The notes: generated by a model from the letters alone, not told the origin. Numbered from the stretch's first letter, positions 51,421-61,360 are shown. The stretch is 64,000 bases of DNA from an uncultured Collinsella sp. (GCA_937925735.1 CALAMK010000018.1:48572-112571), one strand, 5' to 3'. A program made the numbers and translations.

Positions 51421-52911
51421 ATGGGCCGCTACATCATCGGAATCGATCAATCCACGCAGGGCACCAAGGCGCTGCTGGTGGACGAAGGCGGCCATTTGAT
51501 TCATCGTGCCGATCGCTCGCATCGCCAGATCGTCAACGAGGCCGGCTGGGTGAGCCATGATCCGGCCGAGATTGCCGCCAATGTGCTGGCCGTGGCGCGC
51601 GCCGTGGTGGAGGAGACCGGGGTCGATCCGGCCGACGTCGCCGGCATCGGCATCTCCAACCAGCGCGAGACCACCGTTGCATGGAACCGCACGACGGGCG
51701 AGCCGCTGTGTGACGCCGTGGTGTGGCAGTGCGCCCGCGCCCGCGAGCTGTGCGACGAGCTGACCGTGCGCGAGGGTGTGGCCGAGCTGGTGCGCGACGC
51801 GACGGGTCTGGTGCTCTCGCCCTACTATCCGGCGGGCAAGATGGCCTGGATCCTTGCGAACGTTCCCGCTGCTGCCGAGGCTGCTGCGGCAGGCGAGCTG
51901 TGCCTGGGCACCATCGATGCCTGGGTGGTCTGGACGCTCACGGGCGGCGCGGAGTTCCGCTGCGACTGGTCCAATGCCAGCCGCACGCAGCTCTTTGACC
52001 TGCGCCGTGGCTGCTGGAGCGAGCCGGTGTGCGAGGCCTTTGGCGTCGACGTGGCCTGCCTGCCACAGGTGACCGATTCCGATGGCCTGTTCGGCACGAC
52101 GGATCTGGGCGGCTTTTTGCCGGCGCCCGTGCCCATTCACGGCGTGCTCGGCGACAGCCATGCCGCCTTGTTCGCGCAGGGCTGCCATAGCCGCGGCATG
52201 GCTAAGGCGACCTATGGCACCGGCAGCTCGGTCATGATGAACGTCGGCGACGAGTTCGTTGCCAGCTCGCACGGGCTTTCGAGCTCGCTCGCATGGCGTA
52301 TGGACGGCGTGACCGAGTATGTACTCGAGGGCAACGTGAGCTACGCTGGCGCCGTCAAGACGTGGCTGCGCGACGATCTGGAGCTCATCAATAACCCCGA
52401 GGAGGTTACCGACTTGTGCTACGCCGCCAATCCGGCGAGTCGCGTCTACTTTGTGCCGGCGTTTACCGGTTTGGGCGCGCCGCACTGGGCGAGTGACGCC
52501 GAGGGCTGCGTCTTTGGCATGACGCGCACCACGGGTCGCGCGGAGTTCGTGAAGGCTGCCGACGAGTCGATCGCCTATCAGATCTTCGACGTGATCGATG
52601 CGATGGTCGAGGATTCGGGCGCGGCGCTGGCCGAGCTTCGTGTTGACGGCGGTCCCACGCGCGACGCGTACCTGATGCAGTTTGAGAGCGACTTGGTTGG
52701 CTCGCCCATCCGCATCGCGAGCAATGACGAGATGAGCGGCCTGGGTGCGGCCTGGGCCTGCGGCATTGCGCTGGGCATGTACACGCGCGATGTTGTCGAC
52801 GTCTACGGCGCCCGCGGCATCGTGGAGCCCGTGATGCCCGCCGACGAGCGCGCCAAAAAGATCGCCGGCTGGCGCCACGCCGTAGCCGCCACCATCTCGT
52901 ACACTGCCTAG
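51421..52911 (+). CDS. FGGY-family carbohydrate kinase (glycerol kinase / xylulokinase-like), specificity unknown
   Basis: YIIGIDQSTQGTKALLVDEGG N-terminal FGGY motif; HGVLGDSHAALFAQG; C-terminal FGGY domain. RBS GAAAGGGG before ATG 51421. Confidence 0.8.
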   Translation: MGRYIIGIDQSTQGTKALLVDEGGHLIHRADRSHRQIVNEAGWVSHDPAEIAANVLAVARAVVEETGVDPADVAGIGISNQRETTVAWNRTTGEPLCDAVVWQCARARELCDELTVREGVAELVRDATGLVLSPYYPAGKMAWILANVPAAAEAAAAGELCLGTIDAWVVWTLTGGAEFRCDWSNASRTQLFDLRRGCWSEPVCEAFGVDVACLPQVTDSDGLFGTTDLGGFLPAPVPIHGVLGDSHAALFAQGCHSRGMAKATYGTGSSVMMNVGDEFVASSHGLSSSLAWRMDGVTEYVLEGNVSYAGAVKTWLRDDLELINNPEEVTDLCYAANPASRVYFVPAFTGLGAPHWASDAEGCVFGMTRTTGRAEFVKAADESIAYQIFDVIDAMVEDSGAALAELRVDGGPTRDAYLMQFESDLVGSPIRIASNDEMSGLGAAWACGIALGMYTRDVVDVYGARGIVEPVMPADERAKKIAGWRHAVAATISYTA

Positions 52912-52922
52912 CATGATTTTTC

Positions 52923-53040
52923 TGGGACGGGGATTAAAAACTCATTGATCCCCGTCCCAGGTAGCTTATTTGGGACGGGGCTTTTTTGACTGGTATGATT
53001 GGTGCGACCATTCGAACCAGCTAAAAGAGCCCCGTCCCAA
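52923..53040. terminator. two consecutive hairpins built on the same GGGACGGGG stem (terminator / REP-like)
   Basis: Hairpin 1: TGGGACGGGGAT-(17 nt)-ATCCCCGTCCCA (52923-52959). Hairpin 2: TTGGGACGGGGCTTTTTT-(40 nt)-AAAAGAGCCCCGTCCCAA (52971-53040), a ~18-bp stem with A/T tracts on both sides. Sits between FGGY-kinase and luxS genes, same strand. Confidence 0.6.
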
Positions 53041-53063
53041 ATTGACTACCGAGAGGATCTGCT

Positions 53064-53552
53064 ATGGAGCGCATCGCGAGCTTTTCCGTTGACCATCTGC
53101 TGCTTGAGCCCGGCGTGTATGTGAGCCGCATCGACCGCGATCCGGCGACCGGCGCCGCCGTCACCACCTTCGACCTGCGTCTGACCACGCCCAACAAGGA
53201 GCCGGTCATGAACACGGCCGAGTGCCACACCATCGAGCACCTGGGCGCGACGTTCCTTCGCAATCATGACGAGTGGTCGAGCCGTATTGTCTACTTTGGC
53301 CCCATGGGCTGCCGCACGGGCTTTTACCTGGTCGTGTTTGGCGAGGTGACGAGCGAGGAGATCCTGCCGCTCGTGCGCGAGCTGTTTGAGTTTATCGCCG
53401 GCTTTGAGGGCGATGTCCCCGGAGCCGCTCCCGAGGAGTGCGGTAACTACCTGGACCAGAACCTCCCCATGGCAAACTGGCTCGCGCGCCGCTATCTCGA
53501 CCGCGACCTGGACGGGATCGACGAGGCACACCTGCACTATCAGCAGGCATAA
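53064..53552 (+). CDS. luxS: S-ribosylhomocysteine lyase LuxS
   Basis: HTIEHL metal-binding motif and GPMGCRTGFY with the catalytic Cys; 162 aa. Confidence 0.9.
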   Translation: MERIASFSVDHLLLEPGVYVSRIDRDPATGAAVTTFDLRLTTPNKEPVMNTAECHTIEHLGATFLRNHDEWSSRIVYFGPMGCRTGFYLVVFGEVTSEEILPLVRELFEFIAGFEGDVPGAAPEECGNYLDQNLPMANWLARRYLDRDLDGIDEAHLHYQQA

Positions 53553-53582
53553 GGCTGCTCGCAGGAATATCGTTTGTACCAG

Positions 53583-53616
53583 AAGCGTCTCCGCTCTTTT
53601 GCGGGGGCGCTTTTTC
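53583..53616 (+). terminator. terminator after luxS
   Basis: AGCGTCTCCGC-tctttt-GCGGGGGCGCT followed by TTTTC. Confidence 0.55.
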
Positions 53617-53689
53617 ATGCCGAGTGCTCAAAACAGGAAGATATTGTTCTAGAATGTTCGTACTGTCACATAAACGAACAGGAGCGAAC

Positions 53690-54334
53690 ATGCATATCTA
53701 CTCTGTTTTGGATCCCGAGTTCAAACCCTATGGTCGCGTGTGGGACGACGTCCCGTCCAGCCTGACCACCCCGCTCATGGAGGCGCTCTCCGCCACACCC
53801 GTCCCCGAGGGCAGCAAATACGTGGCCTCCGCGCCCGAGCTCGAGCAGGTTGAGGGCGCCGACACGCTCGGCCTGCTCATATACGGCGGCCGCCCCTTCC
53901 AGCTCGGCTGGTGCAACGGCCACAACACACGACTCAACTGTCTGGAGTATCACCGCGCGAGTGAGTTTAACCTGGGCGCCCGCGACTTTATCCTGCTCGT
54001 GGCGCATCGCTGGGAGATCGAGGACGGAAAGCTCGATACCGCGTTCGTCAAGGCGTTCCGCGTGCCGGCGGGCAAGGTTGTCGAGGTCTTCAACACCACG
54101 CTCCACTACACGCCGTGCATGGTCGATGAAAGCGGCTTCCAGGTGATGGTGGCGCTGCCCGCCGGTACCAACGGTCCGCGCCCCGAGGCCGCAACCGACA
54201 TGCCTGCCGCCGGTGACAGCTACTGCTACTGGAAGGCCGACAAGTGGGTCCTCTGCCATGCTGACAGCCCCAAGGCAGCCGAAGGCGGCTACGTGGGCCT
54301 CATCGGAAAGAACCTCGACATCACCGTGGACTAG
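53690..54334 (+). CDS. DUF4867-like hypothetical protein (conserved small protein often found in sugar-utilisation loci)
   Basis: N-terminal MHIYSVLDPEFKPYGRVWDD resembles the DUF4867 family start (MKIYxVxDxxFxxYGRV). RBS AGGAGCGAACA-ATG. Confidence 0.5.
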   Translation: MHIYSVLDPEFKPYGRVWDDVPSSLTTPLMEALSATPVPEGSKYVASAPELEQVEGADTLGLLIYGGRPFQLGWCNGHNTRLNCLEYHRASEFNLGARDFILLVAHRWEIEDGKLDTAFVKAFRVPAGKVVEVFNTTLHYTPCMVDESGFQVMVALPAGTNGPRPEAATDMPAAGDSYCYWKADKWVLCHADSPKAAEGGYVGLIGKNLDITVD

Positions 54335-54342
54335 AATCTTCT

Positions 54343-54531
54343 GTCTCAATCTGTAACACCTAGCGGGCTAGATCGTCTCTACCTGTTACAGATTTAGACA
54401 AACTGCAGGGGACAGGCCGAACAATCTCAATCTGTAACACCAGGCCCGGTTTTGGCGGCCTAACTGTTACAGATCGAGACAAACGGGCCCAAGCCACCAC
54501 AAAGGTGCCTGTCCCCTTTGTGGCGGCTTGG
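54343..54531. repeat. cluster of two tandem ~57-bp palindromic elements plus a strong hairpin upstream of the second phospho-beta-glucosidase gene
   Basis: Element A: GTCTCAATCTGTAACAcc-(22 nt)-cTGTTACAGATTTAGAC (54343-54399). Element B: TCTCAATCTGTAACAcc-(21 nt)-aCTGTTACAGATCGAGAC (54426-54480). Then CCAAGCCACCACAAAGG-tgcctgtcc-CCTTTGTGGCGGCTTGG (54489-54531). GGGGACAGGC (54408) and GCCTGTCCCC (54508) form an additional long-range inverted repeat. Confidence 0.75.
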
Positions 54532-54675
54532 ACAGGCGGGTATCAAAAAGTGTCAGACGGGGCGGCTGCCGGGCACCTGCGCGCGAAAAGAAGTATCGGC
54601 CTGCGCCGTTGCCGTTGAGCGGTACCCCGTTTGCAGGGATACTGAGCCTATGACAACAGCGTGCGAAAGGATTGA

Positions 54676-56109
<1,434 letters not shown>

Positions 56110-56144
56110 GGAAGCTGAGACACTCAACTTCATAGCCTCCTAGC

Positions 56145-56181
56145 CAAGGCGCCCGGCGAGTATGTGCTCTCCGGGCGCCTT
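56145..56181 (+). terminator. terminator-like hairpin after bgl paralog
   Basis: AAGGCGCCCGG-cgagtatgtgctct-CCGGGCGCCTT, 11-bp perfect stem; weak U-tract. Confidence 0.5.
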
Positions 56182-56248
56182 GCCGTCTGCGGATTTTGGG
56201 ACATGCGGCCCGCTTTTTCGACTCATCTGTCGGTACACTAAAGGGACT

Positions 56249-58132
56249 ATGGGTACCCGCGAGCGACATATCGGCCACGCGGCCGCCCGGACCGCGCCGG
56301 TTGCGGATCCCAGGGGTGGCAGGCTCTTCGCCATGCCGCGATTCCTTGTTGGCATAACACATCAGGTGTACCGTCACCGCGTCTTTGCTATCGCCGGCGC
56401 CATCACCGCGCTGTTCCTCATGCTTTTGGCGGTCTTGCCGGCGCTGTTCGCCTTCGACCCCAAACTTTCTAACGCCGTGCCCGCCTATAGCAAGGTATCC
56501 GAAGAGGTCGTGGATGCGCTCGCCCATTCGAGCTCTCTCCCGCTGCTTGTCGCCGCAATTGTATTTTCGATCTGGGGCGTATCGGTCTATCTGCGCTGTT
56601 TGGACTATGTGTTGCGCCGCCGACTTGTTGCCATCGCCACCATCTGCGCCCTGTGGATGATCGAAGTCATTCTGAAGTACAAGTCGTTCACGCCGTTCTA
56701 TGCCACCGTGCTGTGGTACCTGTACTACGTGCCCATGACGCTCATTCCGCTGCTCTACCAGTTGTGTGGCCTGCGCCTTGTGGGCCTGGAGCAACACCGC
56801 CTGGGTCGCCGCTACTGCGCTGCGCTGTGGATTGTGGCCATCCTGCTTATCGGATTTGTGCTCACCAACGATTTTCACCAGCAGGTCTTTCGCTTTGACC
56901 GCGCAAGCGACACCTGGAGCAACGATTACACGTACGGCTGGGGTTATTTCGCCGTCCTCGCGTGGACGGCCTTTAACTTCGTGGCCTTTTTTATCCTGGT
57001 TGGTCGGTCCTCGTCCTTTCGCATCCAGCGATTCTCGGGCACGGCGGCGCTCGTGCTGCTGGGTGGCGCATTCTTTGCCATCTCGTATGCTCTGCGCGTG
57101 CCCTGGGCATGGAGGCTCAACTTTTCGCTCGTCTATTGCATCCTGTGCGTGGTGGCGATGGAAATCTGTCTCGATTGCGGTGTCATTCCGTCGTATCACG
57201 ACATCGCCGGCATCTTCGACACCTTGCCGCTTGACCTCAAAGTCCTAACGCGCGACCTGCAGGAGGTCTATGCCACGCCGGTGTCAAAGCCAACGCCGGT
57301 AGGCGTGCGCGAGGAGTTGCGGACCCAGGAGCACGGCCGCGCCCATGCCTTTGCCGTGGCGTCCGATCCCAATGTGATGTACCGTGCCTTTCCGCTGCTG
57401 GGTGGATCGGCGCTGCTTGCCCAAGACGTGTCGGAGCTCAACGAGCTTAACCGTGAACTGGCACATCGTCGCATGGAGCTGCAGCGTCAAAACGAGCTGC
57501 TCGCCGCCGACTACGACCTTAAGACGCATTTGGCAGATCAAGAGGCCGAGACCTTGCTGGTCCAAGACGTGGGCCAGGCGCTTGCCCGCGCGCTCGAAGA
57601 GATGTACGACCTGCTGGGCTCGTTGCCACCGTTGACCGACGAAGCGTCTTCGCACGAGCGTTACCGCATGCTGCAGCGCGCCAAGATCCTCGTCGCCTAT
57701 TGCAAGCGCAAGGGGTCGCTCACGTTGGCACAGCACGGGGAGAGCGGTTTTGATCGCGACCGCATTCAGCTCATCGCCAACGAGCTCGCAAGTGACCTGC
57801 GCACGATCGATGTCGATTGCGCCTCGATTATCGCCATACGGCGCCCGATGCATGCCAGTACGGTAAGCGCCCTGTACGACTGCGTGTATGACTTTGCGTT
57901 TTTTGCCTATACCACCGACCATCCGGCGCTTATGTATCACTTGGGCGACCATGACCGATGCAGTGTCGAGCTGCGCGCCACGCTTTTTTCCAACGATGAT
58001 GCAGATCTTTCGCAGACGCCCGCTGCGCAAGAGCTCGAAAGCGCTTTGCAAGGGCGCAACGTGGCATATCGCCTTGAGGGCGAGCCCGGCCAGCTGCGCA
58101 TGATCGTCTTGATGCCGAGGGCGGGTGAGTGA
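56249..58132 (+). CDS. polytopic membrane pseudo-histidine-kinase (HisKA_3-like dimerisation region with His->Gln substitution and degenerate ATPase region)
   Basis: N-terminal ~330 aa with at least 6 TM helices. Cytoplasmic part has coiled-coil LNELNRELAHRRMELQRQNELL and an H-box-like segment ETLLVQDVGQALARAL. This aligns to RxHDxxGQxLS of the adjacent kinase but has Q in place of the phospho-accepting H. No recognisable G1/G2 ATP-lid motifs. Start uncertain (ATG 56249 after AAGGGAC, or 56333). Confidence 0.5.
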   Translation: MGTRERHIGHAAARTAPVADPRGGRLFAMPRFLVGITHQVYRHRVFAIAGAITALFLMLLAVLPALFAFDPKLSNAVPAYSKVSEEVVDALAHSSSLPLLVAAIVFSIWGVSVYLRCLDYVLRRRLVAIATICALWMIEVILKYKSFTPFYATVLWYLYYVPMTLIPLLYQLCGLRLVGLEQHRLGRRYCAALWIVAILLIGFVLTNDFHQQVFRFDRASDTWSNDYTYGWGYFAVLAWTAFNFVAFFILVGRSSSFRIQRFSGTAALVLLGGAFFAISYALRVPWAWRLNFSLVYCILCVVAMEICLDCGVIPSYHDIAGIFDTLPLDLKVLTRDLQEVYATPVSKPTPVGVREELRTQEHGRAHAFAVASDPNVMYRAFPLLGGSALLAQDVSELNELNRELAHRRMELQRQNELLAADYDLKTHLADQEAETLLVQDVGQALARALEEMYDLLGSLPPLTDEASSHERYRMLQRAKILVAYCKRKGSLTLAQHGESGFDRDRIQLIANELASDLRTIDVDCASIIAIRRPMHASTVSALYDCVYDFAFFAYTTDHPALMYHLGDHDRCSVELRATLFSNDDADLSQTPAAQELESALQGRNVAYRLEGEPGQLRMIVLMPRAGE

Positions 58133-58134
58133 CG

Positions 58135-59628
58135 ATGCAGATTTCGCTCATCCTTCCCCAAATCGTTGCGCTCGATGTTGTCTTTGCCCTGACTGCGTGT
58201 CTGCAGACGATCCACGTCCCGCTCATCGCATCGCGCCGCTCGTCCTATAACCGTAAGGTGATTTGCGCCTACGAGGCGAGTCTTGTGCTTCACCTGATGA
58301 TTTCGGCGCTCATCTTATTCGCGTCGTCTGGCTCGTATCTGGTGGCGCCGCTTGACGTTTGCGCCAGGGCAATGGGCGGAGCGTTGTGGCTCAATGCCGC
58401 AATCTTTGCCTATGGCGTGGTGCTTATGGTGCGCTATCGTCGCCCCGTCATGCTGGTCGAGCTGCTGCTTGTTGTCGCCGTTACACCGCCGGTGGTTTTT
58501 GCCATGGGCTCGGCGTGGACCGTTGTCCTTATCGCAGAGGGAGCGTTCTTCCTGTTCCGTTCCATCGCGGCGCTCTTGATGGACGTCCGTAACCGCCAGG
58601 AGGATATCACCGCGTTCTCGACGATCGAGACCATCAACGTGATTCCCGTGGGCATCCTGTATCTGGACCCGAGGGGCCGTCCGCTGCTCATGAACCGCTG
58701 CATGCGCAAAAACCTGGTGGAACTTCATATGCCCACCGATCTAGGTGACATGAGCGGCACATGGAACGACCTGCGCAAACTTAGCATGCAAATGCCCGAA
58801 AGCAGTAGGAACCGCGTGCGGATTAACTTGGACCGTTTTGGTGAGGCTCGCGCGGTGATCGAGATTTCTCCCGCCGAGATTCGCCTATTTGTGCACGACG
58901 AAGTTATGGTTTCGGGCCGCCTCTTTGAGCGCATTATCGGACTGGACGTGACGGAATACGCACACGCCTACGACCGCTTGGTGCAAGCAAACCACCTGCT
59001 TGAGCTTGCGGGCCAAGAGCTCCAGTCCCAGATCGAAGAAGTTAAAAAGGTTGCCGACAATGCGGCCTACCTACGTATGCGCGCCCGCGTTCACGATGTG
59101 ATCGGGCAGCGCCTGTCCATTCTTCATCGCTATTTGGATGAGGGGCGTCTGGACGATGAGTCGCTCGAGCAGATCGACCCGTTGCTACGCTCAATTGCCG
59201 CCGATTTGCGCAGTGGTGGTGCCAGCGAGCCTGCAGAGCGGCTGGGTGATATTGTCCATGCTTTTGGCCTGGTGAGTGTGCAGATCGATGTTGAGGGGGC
59301 GCTGCCTGAGGACGCGCGTGTCGCCGCAGCCTTTCTGCAGATTATCCGCGAGGCCTCGACCAATGCCACCAAGCATGCGCAGGCGCATCGGGTCCACGTG
59401 CGTCTGTGGCAGGAGGGGGCGGATGCTGGCGCCGTCGCGCGCATGACGATTTCTAACGACGGGTCTCCGGCCCCCGTATCGTATCGCGAGGGAACGGGTA
59501 TCCCAGGTATGAGGCATGTCGCGCAAGATCTGGGTGGCAGCCTAGAGGTCCACGCCGCCCCGCCCTTTACGCTTACGGTATCCATTCCGCTTAACGCCAA
59601 CGATACGTCCCAAAGGAGAAGCTCATGA
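58135..59628 (+). CDS. sensor histidine kinase, HisKA_3 family, with N-terminal multi-TM sensor domain
   Basis: N-terminal 5-6 TM. H-box RARVHDVIGQRLSIL. HATPase_c motifs IIREASTNATKHAQA (N-box) and GTGIPGMRHVAQDLGGSLEV (G2). Start overlaps upstream stop (GTGACGATG). Confidence 0.8.
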   Translation: MQISLILPQIVALDVVFALTACLQTIHVPLIASRRSSYNRKVICAYEASLVLHLMISALILFASSGSYLVAPLDVCARAMGGALWLNAAIFAYGVVLMVRYRRPVMLVELLLVVAVTPPVVFAMGSAWTVVLIAEGAFFLFRSIAALLMDVRNRQEDITAFSTIETINVIPVGILYLDPRGRPLLMNRCMRKNLVELHMPTDLGDMSGTWNDLRKLSMQMPESSRNRVRINLDRFGEARAVIEISPAEIRLFVHDEVMVSGRLFERIIGLDVTEYAHAYDRLVQANHLLELAGQELQSQIEEVKKVADNAAYLRMRARVHDVIGQRLSILHRYLDEGRLDDESLEQIDPLLRSIAADLRSGGASEPAERLGDIVHAFGLVSVQIDVEGALPEDARVAAAFLQIIREASTNATKHAQAHRVHVRLWQEGADAGAVARMTISNDGSPAPVSYREGTGIPGMRHVAQDLGGSLEVHAAPPFTLTVSIPLNANDTSQRRSS

Positions 59629-60248
59629 TCCGCGTCCTTATAGTCGAAGACCAGGCCATCCTGCGCGAGAGCCTGGCGCGCTCCGTTGGCGACCAGCCCG
59701 ATATGACCGTCGTCGCCGCGCTCGCCGATGCCTCCGAGGCCTTGGGTGTCGCGCTCAAGGAGCGCCCGGACATGATACTGATGGACGTGTGCACCGAACA
59801 CGATTCAAACGGCATCGTGGCGGCGGCGCGCATCAAGGAGCGGCTGCCCGAGTGTCGCATCATTATCATGACCGGCATGCCCGAGATCACCTTTGTGGAC
59901 CAGGCGCGCGAGGCGGGCGTCGATAGCTTTGTGTACAAGAACGTCGGTATCGACGAGCTGTTCGCCGTGATGCGCTCCACGCTGGCGGGCTATTGCACGT
60001 TTCCCAAGCCGCCCGAGAGCATTTTTTCGGGCACGGCGGCACTCGACGATGTCGAGCTGTCGATTTTGCGCCTTGCCTGCGAGGGCAAGAGCCGCCGCGA
60101 GATCGCGGCCGAGCTGTTTATGAGCGAGGGCACCATCAAGCGCCGCATTTCGGAGATCCTGAGCAAGACCGGCTACGACAACATCATGCGTCTTGCCGTG
60201 CATGCGGTGACCGAAGGCAGCATCGTCCCCAACATGGAGCGCCCGTAG
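59625..60248 (+). CDS. two-component response regulator, NarL/LuxR family
   Basis: REC domain (VLIVEDQAIL...DMILMDVCTEHDSNG) plus LuxR HTH (SILRLACEGKSRREIAAELFMSEGTIKRRISEILSKTG). ATGA overlap with kinase stop. Confidence 0.85.
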   Translation: MIRVLIVEDQAILRESLARSVGDQPDMTVVAALADASEALGVALKERPDMILMDVCTEHDSNGIVAAARIKERLPECRIIIMTGMPEITFVDQAREAGVDSFVYKNVGIDELFAVMRSTLAGYCTFPKPPESIFSGTAALDDVELSILRLACEGKSRREIAAELFMSEGTIKRRISEILSKTGYDNIMRLAVHAVTEGSIVPNMERP

Positions 60249-60286
60249 TCGGTGTGCCGCCCGTGCTCCAACGCCGAAGATAGGTC

Positions 60287-60317
60287 GCCCGCCGTTTTGC
60301 ATCTAAAAACGGCGGGC
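60287..60317 (+). terminator. hairpin terminator after the TCS operon
   Basis: GCCCGCCGTTTT-gcatct-AAAACGGCGGGC, 12-bp perfect stem. Confidence 0.6.
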
Positions 60318-60356
60318 GGCCTGCTTGTATGGGCAGTGCTGTCGGCATAAAAACGA

Positions 60357-60387
60357 CGGGGCCGCAGGATCAACTCCTGCGGCCCCG
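60357..60387 (-). terminator. rho-independent terminator of the minus-strand lipoprotein operon
   Basis: On the minus strand: GGGGCCGCAGG-agttgat-CCTGCGGCCCC followed by GTCGTTTTTAT. Confidence 0.75.
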
Positions 60388-60437
60388 CCTGGTGTGCGCG
60401 GATATGTCCGCCAATCCGCGGCTGTCGGTGTCTGTCG

Positions 60438-61280
60438 CTACGCGATGGTCGCGGTGTAGGAAGCGACGTCCTCGTAGGAATCGGTCAGGTAGGCGTCGAT
60501 GCCGATGGTCGTGTTGACCAGGTCGTCAAGGCTGTCAAGCTCGCCGCTCGAGAACGTGAACTCCTCGGTGGCGTTGGTGCCAGGCATCAGGTGAGCCGAG
60601 AACCAGGGTTCCTTCATGGTGCCGTTGACGTTGGTCTTGCCGGAAGGAGCGTAGAAGGTCAGGTCCTTGTCGCTCTTGTTGGTGATGTTGACGACAAAGC
60701 CGATGTCGCCCCAGTCGTCCTTGAACTTCTCGGTGATGGTGATGGTGCACAGATCGTCATCGGCGACGGTGACGGCGGGGGAGATTTCGACGTTCTGGAC
60801 ATCGTCGTCTTCGACGGCCTCATCGATCTCCTCTTCCTTCTCGGCCGCCTCGCGATCCTTCTTCACCGTGCCGGACAGGTCCTTGTCGGACTTGGTAAAG
60901 ACAAGATTGCCGTCATCCTCTTCGAGGATGAGCTTGCCGTCCTTGAGCTTCATGTCGTGCGACTCGTCTTCGGCGGTGATCGTTACGGTGGTGGCGTCCT
61001 TTGCCTCCCATTTAAGGTCGACAACCTCAAGGAACAGATCGAGGGCGCCTGTACCGTCCTCGTCGAGAATCAGGACGCAGTGGACACCCCAATCCTCGAG
61101 CATCTTCATGTACTCATCGGTCAGCTCTTCGCCATCCACGGTTCCACCCGAGAGTTCCCAGCTGCCGACGAAGTCGGCCTTGGGGTCTTTGGCGCCGCCG
61201 CTGCAGCCCGTCAGGGCAAAGGCGAGCGCCAGGACGCATGTCAGGAATGCGAGTACGGACTTTTTGAACGTTGTCTTCAT
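60438..61280 (-). CDS. secreted lipoprotein of unknown function (acidic, Asp/Glu-rich)
   Basis: Signal peptide with lipobox MKTTFKKSVLAFLTCVLALAFALTGC|SGG. RBS AAAGGAGGACACC-ATG. 280 aa with an EEEIDEAVEDDD acidic linker. Confidence 0.75.
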   Translation of the reverse strand: MKTTFKKSVLAFLTCVLALAFALTGCSGGAKDPKADFVGSWELSGGTVDGEELTDEYMKMLEDWGVHCVLILDEDGTGALDLFLEVVDLKWEAKDATTVTITAEDESHDMKLKDGKLILEEDDGNLVFTKSDKDLSGTVKKDREAAEKEEEIDEAVEDDDVQNVEISPAVTVADDDLCTITITEKFKDDWGDIGFVVNITNKSDKDLTFYAPSGKTNVNGTMKEPWFSAHLMPGTNATEEFTFSSGELDSLDDLVNTTIGIDAYLTDSYEDVASYTATIA

Positions 61281-61360
61281 GGTGTCCTCCTTTATCGAAC
61301 GAAACCCATAGAAGCAAATGCGGGGGTGGCGGAACCCCCGCCAATTACCAGATAAAGGGG

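Noticed and set aside
48470-52914. Minus-strand ORFs 48470-49483, 49573-50538, 50420-51304, 51304-52914 (up to 536 aa) across the isomerase/transketolase/kinase cluster
   Set aside because: Antisense artefacts of high-GC coding sequence; the plus-strand genes have TPP-binding and FGGY motifs and proper RBSs.
53064-53552. Considered whether luxS belongs to the upstream transketolase sugar cluster
   Set aside because: Separated from it by two large hairpins (52923-53040) and has its own terminator. LuxS functions in the activated methyl cycle; no evidence of functional linkage.
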